Origin: Fonticula alba ATCC 38817
Taxonomy: Eukaryota; Protista; Nucleariida
DNA length: 64,000 nucleotides
Strand: one strand, 5' to 3'
NCBI GenBank assembly: GCA_000388065.2
Contig: KB932203.1
Shown here piece by piece: positions 48,068 to 60,100 of the stretch. The notes below the pieces were generated by a model. It did not search any database. It saw only the letters and a list, made by a program, of their open reading frames with translations, and was not told the origin of the DNA. The translations under genes were made by a program, and so were the position numbers. Position 1 is the first letter of the stretch. Each line of letters starts with the position of its first letter.

Positions 48068-50282
48068 GGCTGCCGAGGGGGTGGGGGGGGGGGGGGCGAG
48101 GGGGCGGGGCATGCCGTTGGGATCTGCATTCGCGCACGCCTCCCTCATTCATTTGCGCGGCGTCCTTGACACAACTCCACACACATGCAAATCGCACTCT
48201 CTCTTGCACAAACACCACCACCACCACCACCACCGCACATTCGCCCTCGCGCTCGATGACCGCCTTTGCGTGCTCAAAAAGCGTCCTCACGGTCAGCGAG
48301 CCGGGCTCCGGGCGGACTCCGGTACAGATCCGCCGCGACGCGGCGCTCACCATCCTGGGACAGCGTGACCTGGCCAATCCGACGGCAGTTGACATCGCCC
48401 GGAGGATACTGAAAATCGGGGAATAGACAGCGAGTTTGTTGGGGATTCGATTACGAGCAACGCATGGCGCCACGCAATTGAGTGGGAACCTGCCCGGGGG
48501 AGGCGGTTGGGCGCATGTGATATGCATCCTTGGAGCGTCGGCCATGTTCGCCCGGGCCAATATTTGTGGCTCGCGAGACTTGCCCAGGAGGGGGCAACAC
48601 GCGAGTGCCAGCAAATCCAACGGGCTGCAACAGTCCTAACACGCCTGCCTGCCGTTGAGGCTGCCTACGCGGGGCGCTGTTTACACGAGCACACACACAC
48701 ATACATACATACATACACACATGCGAACATTTAAGAGTGGTGAGGGGCCGGTGAGGGCCGGGTCCCGAGGCCTGGTCTCAGCAATTGTTTGGGGGTGACA
48801 ACAGACGAAGGCCAGCGGCCAGTGTCGAGGCACTTCGGTGCCCCGGGCGTGAGGTGACCCTACAAGCGGCAGGCGCAGGGGCAACGGCCTAGCCGAGCCC
48901 ACGGATCCGTATGCTAATGTTGACAAGTTGATGTCCCTCCTGACTCATGAGGGAATAGGAGCGCCGGCTGGAACATCGGCCCGTGCTCGCTCCAGACCAG
49001 ATGCCAGATGGGGCAGCGATCTCTCGGGGGGGGGGGGGGGGCAGGGCGGGCCATCCACCTGCCGGCCGGGGAGCGAAATCGACGGAACCGAACGCAACTT
49101 TAGCAAGGCATGCACGCCCTTGGAGCCCAGGAGGATCCCCAAAAGATGCTGGGGCGAGACCCCGGTCAACACGGATGATGCCACCACTGGTGAAGCTGTT
49201 GCGATTGAGAACCCCAGGGCGCATAGCCTGCCCCCCTTCCCCCGTGGCCTCACGCGACACAACCGCTGCTGTGGCCTGCGGAAGAGGGAGGGAGGAGCAC
49301 AGAGGCGAAAGTCGAAGAGACCTGCCCGGGGCAGCGCGCTCTCCCCGGGTGGAGGATATCTCGAAACGGTTTAGGGGCTCTCGCCGGGGGCTCCATTGTG
49401 GCGCCTCCTGCCTGTCCGGCACCTCGTGCCCCTGTTCCTCCGGAGAGGTGGGGCCGGTTTCGTCGACAGGCTCCGCAAGCAGGAGATTTCTCCGGCAGGG
49501 GGCTAAAAGGGAGCTCCGAGAGCCCGGTCACAGAAGCTCACACAGTCGGCTTCCCTCTCGACCCTTGAGAGTGTGACATATTCGGTGGCTCATAGGTATG
49601 CCGGTTTCAGCGGCCCCCTCCACCCCCCGGCGTCTCCTTCTCTGCCCTTCTCAGTGTCGGGGCCCGGGGAAGGGCGGGGGAGTCAGGCAGTGCGCGAGAC
49701 GGGGATGGTCAGAAGCGTCACGCATGCCTCGCTCTCTTTGGCAAGAGCAGCAACCCTCGTACAGGTCCTTACCTTGGTGTGCCATCCCTCGGAGCAGGGG
49801 ATCACCAGTGACAGGGCACAACTTCCCGGTAAGGCATAGGGGGGAGGGCGAAAGGGCAATAAGTTGAGGCTGCAGTTGGAATGCCATGGATTGGTGCAAG
49901 GCAGCCTTTCTTTGGTGTGCGGGGAGGCCCAAAGCGGCGGGGAGGTATATTTAAAATATCACTAGCACACACATATGTCTCCGCGGTATGCCGGATTGCG
50001 AGGGAGGCGAGCAGACGGCTCGAGAGGGGAGGAAAGAGGCAACGAGAGGGCGAGAGGGCGAGGGGGCGAGAGAGAGAGAGAGAGAAAGCGAGTATTTGTC
50101 TTGCACCATCAGGAGCCCGACGCGTAAGAATGCTGAACAGCCATGGAGCAGGAGTAGGAACGTGCCCCCGGAAAAAAAGGGCCTCCTCCCCGTGGGGAGC
50201 GATCGGCTGCCCCGACAAACACCCATCAACAGCCCATGTCAATAACGATGGGTCAAAGAGAGAAAGGGGGGGGGGGCGGGAA

Positions 50283-50330
<48 letters not shown>

Positions 50331-51499
50331 AGGGAGAGGGCTGAGGGGGCGGACATCGAGACTGCCTAGCCGTGGCCGAGAAATTCGTCGGACTCGCGCT
50401 ATGTGCGACCGCTTCACGTGTTGTTTTGACCGAATACTCGTCCGATCCAGGAGACCCCTTCGCCTGGTCGGGCGGAGGACCTGCGCCTGGAGGCTGACCG
50501 ACCATAAACAAGACTGCAGAGGGCCCTGGCGCATCAAGGAGCCCACCGGCCGGGGTATGGATGCTAGTCCAGAAGGAGCCAGCGGGCATGTAGGAGAGGG
50601 CGAGACCTTTGGCCGTTCCCGAGGCGGGGGAGTATTGCACGGGGGGGGGGGGAAGGGGCGCCCCATGGCATGAGCTCCCGATGAACGGTGCTCTTGCCCC
50701 AAGGATGCACCGATCAAGCTGCGAGGGGGAGAGACTGAGAGAGGGAGAGATATCTCAACGCACGGCCCAACGCCTCTTTGAGTCCCAGATATCTGCCGAT
50801 GTGGGATAGAGGCTCGAGGAGACAGAGAGATAGAGGGGCCGAGCGAGAGACAACGCCTGAGGACGGGGATTCTCGCGCCGATTCGTTGATTTGTTCGATC
50901 CTCCAAGGCACCTAATTCAGGGGGGGTGATGGCCTGCTCCGTCCGATGACCGAAGGGGATCACTCATGGAGGGGAGCATCCCAGATTGAAGGGATTGTGC
51001 AGGCTTGGAAGTTGTGCCCGTGGGAGCGGACCCCCGAGCCGACCACGAAAGTGAGACCACTCCCAGCAGGGGCACAAAGGAGGGGCTAGTTGCTCAGCCG
51101 TGGGTGGAAAGGCGGGGTTGTATGTGTGTTCGACGGGGAGGGCGGGAGAGAAGGACAGAGAGGGGTGGGGGGGGGGGGGCGGAGGGGGGGAGAACGAGGC
51201 AGAGGAGGGACGCCGGGCGGGGCGTCGATGCTGCCCGGGGGCCGTTGGCGATCCCCCCAGGCCAACACTGGAGACTCCCCGGCAGGCATTCATGATAATG
51301 ACCACCCGTCGAGAATGCCACAGATCTCCTCGGTTTCAACCGACACTGGAAGACGGGGGCGTTGTTTCACAATTTCGCGGGATCCAGCCGGAGCATGCAG
51401 TCTCGGACAGCGACCTGGGCGCTTTCTCCGCTGGATCTCGCCCCAACCAAGCGTCCACTCGAGCTCGAGGACCCCTGGACCTTAGAGCGAGAGAGAGAG

Positions 51500-51581
51500 A
51501 GTGTGTGTGTGTGTGTGTGCGTGTGTGTGTGCGTGTGTGTGCGTGTGTGTGTGTGCGTGTATGTGTGTGTGTGTGTGTGCG
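51500..51581. repeat. (GT)n/(GC) compound microsatellite
   Basis: Direct sequence. Confidence 0.9.
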
Positions 51582-53807
51582 CGGGAGCAAGCATCCGGGA
51601 GCCAGCAAGTAACATGAACGGGTAGAAACATTCGGCGGCCGACGTCTCGGGCGCGCATCTTCCCCGACTAGCTCGCCCTTCGCCCCGGCGGCCTACCTTG
51701 AACATGTCCCTGCTCCTGGGCACCTGCCAGGAGGAATTCCTGCACATCCGCCCGCCAGATCCGTGGTCCTTCAGGCCCATTTGCACGCATTCACATGTCC
51801 CCGCACAGGGTGCAATGCCCGATCGCATGCCGGCACGAGGCTTCCAACATCTGCCGCGTCTTTGGCCCACCTGCAAGGGCTTGCCAGAGCTCGAAGAGTG
51901 GAGGAATACCGGGCGATTGACCGGCCCCCAATGCCGTCCTTCGAAATGCCTCCTCTCGTAGCCCACTCTCTGGGCCCCCATCTCAAGGACACCTCACACG
52001 TCCCCAGGCTCGTGGGTGGCCGGGCTCCTTGGCCCTCTACGTGACCATCTGCATGTATAATTTGGAAGGGGTGCTGCCAGGCATTTCTTCCCTACCTGGG
52101 TCCTCGTCGCACTCGGCAACAAGCACAAGGCTGGCCGCTTTTTTCAGGGGGCCGATGTGTGCTTTGTGTCCATTCCCGGGTCGAGGGGAGAAGGGGGGCC
52201 TCGGCGCGCTTGTCTGTGATCCTTGTGGCCCTCATCTTTCTGGTGCCCGGCCTTATGCTCGCAGGGGGACCGGCTCAACGGTGAGGGGACTCTGTCCTTG
52301 CTGCTTTACATCAACAAAGGAGTCCGGTGAGTCGGAGACCCGGCCCTCGACCGCAGATTGCTAGCCAGAGCAACTCTGTGAGCCTGTTGGGTGTTTTTGG
52401 CTGGAAGTTCACACTGAGAGCCTGGTGAGCCCTGGGCAGTCCCCGATCTCATCGTGCTTTCTCGCACGGGCTCTCGCTCACACACACATACACATACACT
52501 TGGCTCCCCCTGAGACCACGTACCCATCTCTTGGCCACCATCAGCACCATCATCATGTCATCCAGCTGCCTCTCACACTCGAGAGCCGGAATCAGGACCA
52601 GGCAACTAGCGGGCCGAGGTAGGGGGGGGNNNNNNNNNNNNNNNNNNNNNNNNNGGCCGGTGGTGCATCCGTCGTCGGACCCAGGGCGCAGGCGAGAGGC
52701 GGGGCAGTGGGTGGCAGAACTGAAAAATAAAACCTGCCCCCCAGTAACTGCTCCGTGCCCAGATACAAGCCCCATTGAAAAGCTCTGCATCTCCCCAACC
52801 CCGCCTCAAATCCCCCCCTCCCCTTGTCATCCTACCCGCCCCATCCTGCTCTCGCATCTCCTCGCCGAGGATCCTTCTTCCCCTGCCTTCGGCCAGTCTC
52901 CCAACGCGGACACTTCCTTCTCTCGACATTGCTGGTGCGTTAGAATTTACCGACTGCCCGCATTCAAGGATCAGCTGCTAATCGCGCCTTGTTGTGAAAT
53001 GCAGCACGAGAGTGCCAGATATCCCCGAAACAGGATCCCTCAGGCCGAGCTCGCTCGTATCCCTTGCCCTCCTGAGCGTACCCGGTGCCCCTGCACTCTC
53101 GTCTTCCCTTTTCCCAGGTATGTTCATTCGCCCAGCATGGCTCTCCTCTGTGCCCTCTTGGCCTCCTCCCGCCCCCCCCCCCCACCTCTCCCTCCCCCTG
53201 GGTCACCCTTTGCTTGTGGCCTCTTTCCGTTTCCATTTCGTTTCCAATCCGCTCTCCCTCAAGCATGAGGGGTCTGTGCGGAGGGGGCGGATCTCCCCAG
53301 CGAGTTCGACGAGACGGGGCATTGGGGCGGGCGATATTGACGCGTGCCGGGCATGGGAGAAAGTTCCAGGGTCGGGGCGATTTCTTCAAAGTGCTTGAGA
53401 GATTCTGACGAAGAGAGCTGGCCCACTCGGCCTGACTCGCCCATCCCCGCGGTCCCAGTCAGAGAGAGAGGAAAGCGGTGAAGCTGAAAGAAGTCCAGAC
53501 CAGATACACCGATCTCCTACGCCTAAGGAGAAAGATTTTGCCAGAGTAAGCGAGCGACTGTTTCCCCCCTCCTGCTTGGTTCACGTCCCGTGAATCTGCC
53601 CGCCTCGGCCCTCGCACGAGTGACTGCCTATTGGAGTAGCTGTCTCTTCGCCTGTCGGCCAGCCTTCCCATACGGCCACCCTCGAGTCAGCGTGTGAACC
53701 TGCACCTGTCCCTCTTTCTCCCTCTTCCCCCGCCCCCCTGCCAGCTTCGCCCACGCGAAGCGAAGACCCGTCCTTTCCGTCGCACACACACACACACACA
53801 CACACAG

Positions 53808-54748
53808 ATGGACGTTGCTACATCATGCATCGGTGGCGGAGGTCACCCGCATCCTCTGTCGCCAATGGCCGACATCCTGCCGACCGACTTGGGCGACGGG
53901 TCGCTGGCGCACTCCTTCCTGTCTGCAGACCGTTCCGCTTACCCCTCCTTCGCATCGGCCCCTGCGGATCTGTCCCACTCTTCGGGGTCCGGCCCGTCGC
54001 ATCAGTACGACACCTTTTCCTACGGCCTGCCCAACATCGGCGGTGGTCTCGGCTCGCTGATGAATTCCCCAGCGCTTGGTGTCCTCGGCCCGCTCGGGGG
54101 GGCTCCCAGCTCCCCCGCCCTCCAGGGTCCCATGCAGCTCCCGAACTTGCCCGAGGTCGCCACGGGCGACTCGGGCTCCTTCTCCTTCGACATGGATTTC
54201 CTCGGTGAGCAGGTCCCTGCGGCCGGTATCGATGCCGATGGCAGCGCCGGCAACATGTCCACCGGCGTGTCGGCCCATGCGCCGACTGACAATTTCTTCC
54301 TTCCGCAGGCCCAAGAGCAAGACCTGCTCAGCCATCAGTTGCTCCCGGAGCTGGGTGGAGATACCCTGTCCTCGTCGGCGGCCGGTCCCACATCCGGCAA
54401 CCGCCAGATCCCACAGCAATTCTCCTACCATGACCAGCAGCAGCAATACCAGCAGCAGCAGCAGCAGCAGCAGCAACAGCGCCAGTCTCCTCACGATGGC
54501 CAATCTTCGCTGCCAGCGCCCGGGCAGGCCTCCTCAAAGCCCACGAACAAGCCCATGCAGAAGGCCCAGTCCAAGGTTGCCCAAAGGCCCAAGCCACACC
54601 CCAAGCCCCCCCAGTCCAAGCAGCCAGATTCAGCCAGCCAGGTGCCCTCGCCACAGGGCCCAGCACAGGAGCCTCGGGCCTTTGGCCACCACTATGGCCT
54701 TGGATCAACTGGTCCCCTGGGCATCGGGCAGCCGCAGCCGCAGCCGCA

Positions 54749-54779
<31 letters not shown>

Positions 54780-56456
54780 AACCCCCCAGACCAGCTGTAC
54801 TCTGACGAGTCCATGGCCGATGGCGATCTCATGTCAGCCGGCTCGGCTCCCAGCTCGGCTTCACTGCCAGACCCGGAGGCCATTTCCTCCCAAACCCACG
54901 GGTTCCTGGAATCCTTCTCGCTCAGTGTCCTACCGAACACACCGAAAGAGCGCCCCATGGATAGGGCCCCGGCGCGGGGGCCGGGCCACGCGCAAGGCCC
55001 GGCCCCCTTGGCACCAAGCCGCGGTCCGATCCCCCCGCCAACCCTTGCCGCACTTGAGGGAGCCCCCTCCCAGCAGTCGGGCCCTTCGCTGGCCCGATCG
55101 CCTGCCGAGCAGCATCCCACTGCCGGGTCGACACCGGCAATGGCCCCGGTCAAGAATGCTCACCATCCGGTCAGTGTCAAGGCCGTGCCGCCGGTCATGG
55201 CGCCTCTGGTGTTTACGAGCCCCCCGGATGGGTCCCAGCTTCCCACCCCGGCGCCCGTGGCCGAAGCCGCTGCGCGGTCGGCTCCGACAGCCGCTCCGGC
55301 CTCGACACCAGCTCCGGCCAAGGGCGGCCACGCAGGCGGGACTGGCGCCCCGGGGGCGGACTCCGGTGCCGCGGCCGAAGCCGCTGCCCCGACCGCCGAG
55401 CAGGACCTCGACACGGTCAAAAGCAACAGCAGCGAGGTTATTTACATCCCGAAGGTGGACCCGCTGTTGGATGCACTGGACCAGTGCTTCCGATCGCAGC
55501 CGCAGGACATGGAGCAGATCGTCTATAGCGCCCGGTCGACCATCACCAGCAGCCTGCAGCCAAGCGAGTCGCCCCCTCCGGGGGCCGGAACCGGCGGAAG
55601 TGGCGGCGGCTCCGCGGCCGGCTCCACGGCCACCTCGACCGCGACATCCTCCGGCATTGGTGGCAAGCGCCCGGCCACGGGCATGCTATCTGGGCCGATC
55701 CCCCCGGCGTCGGTGACCCTGCATGTGCCACCTGGTCCGTCAGTGCCGCCGGAGATTGCCGATGCCATGGCGGCCGCGGTGTCCCAGCAGGAGGCCCTCT
55801 TCATGGCCGCCGGTGGGAGCCTCCCCCTGGAAGCCTCGAGCATGGGCGGTCTGACGGGCGGGCCGTCGGCTGCCGGGCCGGGACTCTTTGACCACCTGAG
55901 CCAGAGTCTGCCCAAGCGCCGGGCCAGCTTCGGCGACTTGTCCAGCATCCCCGGAGGAGCAGGAGGCCCTGGTGGCAGTGTTCCGGGAGGGTCGCTCTTC
56001 CGCCGGAACCTCGGTCTTGGGGATCTCCACCATCAGCTGCTGCTCCTGCATCATCACAACCCCGGCATCGGCCTGACCCTGCCGGGGATGATGGCCAATA
56101 TGGGGACCTCCTCGCCGGGGGCGGCGGCAGCGGCGTACGCCGCGCAATTTGCCGCGGTGGCCGCAGCGGCTGGCGGTGTGGCCGGCTACCTGCCGGTCCC
56201 GCCGACGATCTCTCCGGCCAGCATGGCCGGGGCCGGGCTCCTGGGAGGGTCCTTCTCCGAGGGGAATTTGCCTCTGGTGGTTGGGGCAGCCGGGGCGGCG
56301 ACCGTGGCCGCGGCGGCCGGGGCTGTGACCGCGGATGCCTGGCCGCCAGCCGCCCGACGGAACAGCATTCATCACCCGGTGTCGGCATCTGGCGGCGGCG
56401 CCGGGGGCGAGCGTTCGCGCTCGACGTTGGCCCTTGACGACAACTCCGGTCACTAG
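53808..56456 (+). CDS. PolyQ/Pro/Ser/Ala-rich disordered protein (~880 aa), possible transcriptional or signalling regulator
   Basis: ATG directly after a (CA)n-CAG acceptor at 53807; long ORF with two polyQ tracts, acidic-aromatic patches (FSFDMDFLGE) and basophilic kinase sites KRRAS and RRNS. No folded domain recognised. Confidence 0.75.
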
Positions 56457-56947
56457 TAGCAGTAGAGAGAGAGAGAAGGGGACAGGACTTAGAAGCAAAG
56501 ACACACCGACAGTCGGATAGGTGACGATGCTGAGATTTCTGCTCTTCCCGGCGGGGGCGGCCCACGCCCCCTCGGCCACAGAGGAGAGGGGATCGGGGGG
56601 CCATGTTGGGATTTGTCCAAAAGACCGTGGACCAGTCCCCACTCCTGTGTGCGATGTCTCCGGGGGCGTGCACTTGACTGGAGATCTTCTCTCTCCCCCT
56701 CGCGCGGGGAGGGGGGGGATGGTCATCATCTCCTTTATTTCGCGCGATCTCCCTCCTTCGTGGCATGACTCGATAATAAAAAAAAAACATCACGACGCCC
56801 CCCAAAGCGTGCGAGACACCGGGCCCTCCCCATGCATCACTGAGTGGGGAGCTAGCCAAATGCTCTGTTGGCCAATGTACTTTCCTTCTAAAAGGGGGGA
56901 GCTGTCCACAGAGATACGATTGGAGACTGGGAGTGGCTGGGCAAGGC

Positions 56948-57100
56948 TGTGTGTGTGTGTGTGTGCTGTGTGTGCTGTGTGTGCTGTGTGTGTGCGTTGT
57001 GTGTGTGCGTTGTGTGTGTGCGTTGTGTGTGTGCGTTGTGTGTGTGCTGTGTGTGTGTGCGTTGTGTGTGTGCGTTGTGTGTGTGTGTGTGTGTGTGCGT
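56948..57100. repeat. Compound TG minisatellite (TGTGTGTGCGT/TGTGTGTGC units)
   Basis: Direct sequence, ~150 bp. Confidence 0.95.
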
Positions 57101-60100
57101 AGAGAGAGGGAGAGAGAGGGGGAGGGCAAAGGGAAACCAGGCTCGGGCGATCTTTGCAGCTGGGAGGAACAGGAAAAAGGTCAGGCAGGTGTGGACCCAG
57201 CCTCGGGCACATCAAAGGAAATCCCCGATCGACATCGGGGGCCCTTGGACATGGGCTTCAATGGGAACGGCAGTGTGCGGGGGGGACGGCGCCACAACTT
57301 CACCGCCCACAACACAAGGGAACGCATGAAAATGGCCCACACTGTGGTGCATCCGGGCCCAGGCCGAGCGAGATGGTATACATCATGTGGACCATGTGAT
57401 TCATGAGACTGATGAGATGAAACGGTATTCTCATGGGTGATATTGTTCGGAACTATTGAGCTGGCCATGGTCAAAAGACCCGGGAATGGGCATGCCCACG
57501 CCCTGGGCCGCCCCGGCAAAAGCCGGCTGGCAGGGGTCTCCGCGCGCGCGAGAGACCAAGAGAGAGAGAGGGAGGGAGAGAGAGAAACCAGACGGGAGCA
57601 GGCACGGTCACCGGCTGCGAATGGGCAAACTTGGGCGGCACTCGTCGACCAAGGATTCCCCAAAGGGGTGGCAAGCCCCGTGAGGATATCATCGCCAGAG
57701 CGCGCGGTCTTTGAGGAATGGACGGAGGCCATGAGGGCTGGACGGTAGGCTGGCCCGGGCGAATGCACCCTTCACCGACCCCCAGGCGCAGGGGCAAGGC
57801 CGGGGGGGGGGGGGGGGGGGGGGCAAAAGGTTGCCCGGGGCCTCCCTGGCCACGGGTGCCCATAGCGCCGGCCGGTCAAGAGGTCCAGATGGGGGGCGAG
57901 GGCGGGGTGTTCGCTTGGACCGAGGCTATGGAGGCGGGGCGAACTGCCCGGATGCCGGTACGGAGGGCGGGCGTGCGCGCCATTGATCCCCGCAGGCAGG
58001 TGCACCTCCGGGCTCCGAGTCTCAAGGGGTGCGGGCCCCTTCACCCCGACCCGAGGCACGCCAAGGACCGTTGGGCGAGCGTGAACGAACACCCGGGGCC
58101 GATCGTCCCCCGTAGCCAGGGCGCTGCTCGCTCGCTGCCTCATCATCCATGTGAAATGCCTGGCCCTGGGTCTGCGGCCTCTCCCTCAGGCCGGCACACT
58201 CCCGGCTGGCGGTTCGGGATTTTCAGGCGGCTAACGTACACCGGGACTCGCGCTCGGGATGTCTGGGCGCTTGGGGCGGGGCAAAGTGGGGGGGGGGGGG
58301 ATCTCGGAAAGGGAACAAAAGCTGCAGAGCAGGTCAGCCCATTGTGTCAAAGGGGTGCCGCAAGCAGCGGCAGCGCGGGGGGGGGGGGGCTAATATGCTG
58401 GAGCCTGGGCAAATGGGGGTGCTGCTGTTCTCGCCGGACGAGAGTGAGTCGCGCCCGTTTCTCGTTGCTTTCCCCGCGGAGAGCACGGGCCTGATCTTTC
58501 CATGCGCGCCTGCTCTCGGCCGTCTCGGGCCACTCCGAGTCCCAGACAGATGCGGAGGCTGGTCGAGCCTGCGCCCCTCGCCCCCTGCTCCCAGACCTCC
58601 GAGCGTCCTACGGGGAGCGGGGGGGGGAGAGGGGGGCGGGAGCCATGTGAGCGCGGGCCAGCATGGCCGCGCCGGAAAAGGGGGTCACCTGGGGACCGCG
58701 CGGGCAGGTCACCTTTCCTCAGCAGGGACCATCACTTGGGGCTGTTGAATCTCAAGCAGGGCAAGAGCCCCCCCCCCCCCGCCGCCGCCGCCCCGGCTCG
58801 GGCGTCGTGGTCCGGGAGGGGCGGGGCCAGGGAAAGTGGGGTGTTTCAATTTAGCGGGAGGGAGTCTTTTTTTCCCGCTCGCCCACTCGCGGGCCGCTGG
58901 AATATTATCCGAGGCAGTTACGTCCTCTGACACCGTCATTAAGGATCCAGCGGACCCTCGAGCTGTGAGAGGGCCACACACACGCACACGCGCGCCGGCA
59001 GGGGGTGCAGTTTGTCCGGCCAGGCGGCTGGGGGTTCACGCAAACACATCCGAATGGCTCGGTTGGGGTGCGAGAGCGCGTCGGAGGTGTGAGCCCGTAG
59101 CCGGCCAGGGCCGGGAACCGGGGGGAGGGGGCGGGGGGGCCACAGCAGGGGGTGCCGGGGCCTCCGGGTCCCGGCCAGATCAAAACAAAAAATCCGCTCC
59201 CGACATCGAGCAGGCGGGCTGGAAGGGGCCCGCCGCCGGGAGGGGTACCCATGAGAGAGAGGGAGAGAGAGAGAGAGAGAGAGAGCGGGACAGGGCGAGA
59301 GAGGGAGAGGGTAGCGCCCTTGGGTCTAAATCGGCTTGGGAGAGGGGGCGGCACATCGTGCCGCGCGCGCGCGTCCACCGGCTGAGCACACGCCGGGGGG
59401 GAAGAAGTTCGGTGCGGACATGCGAGCCAAACCGAATGGCCCCCTTGCGTGTCCCCCAAATTGGGGGTGGGAGCAAGAGCAACGGGCCCCACGAGCGGAG
59501 CTTCCCCCTCTCCCGGCCACCGCACCCGATGGGCAGGCCAAAAATGGCAACGGCCGGCCCCCGGGGCGGGTGCTAGCATCCCCTGCCTGTCCCGGTGGGG
59601 GGGGGGGGGCGCGCCTTCGAGTCTGGGTGGGCATGGGGTGTGTATGCCTCTGGAAGCAGTGGTCACACATGGGTATGGGACATCGGGGGGGCATGCAGAC
59701 GCTTTCGCCGAGCGTGAAAGCGCCCTCTGGTCAGCTCAGATCCCACGCCCGCCCCTTTCAAGTCAAGCAGTGGACGGCCGTGCGTGCGTGCGTGCGTGTG
59801 CGCAGCGGCGCCAGCCTTTGGGCTCCAGGGGGGAACGCGGACACAGCACGGAGGCGAGAGTGCGGGCGTGTGCCTGAGGCGTCAGCCGAGACGCCGCGAG
59901 CAACGGGAGACATGCTCTACGCGCCTTGTCCCCCAGAGGCCGGCGGGGGAACGGGGGGGGGGGAGGGACGGAGCGAGTGTAATGTCTGACCGGCTCCGGC
60001 CGCCGTGACCGCTCACGCTGGAGCCACACAGGGCCCGGACGCCGCCGGATGGATGTACACAAAGGCGGGAAGCACCCATCTGTCTATTGTCCTTGGGTGG

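Noticed and set aside
48166-48620. Short overlapping ORFs on both strands upstream of the MFS gene
   Set aside because: Cannot tell which, if any, is real; may be a 5'UTR exon. No homology recognised.
56948-57100. TG repeat as an interstitial telomere
   Set aside because: Not TTAGGG-like; fits the genome-wide CA/TG microsatellites.
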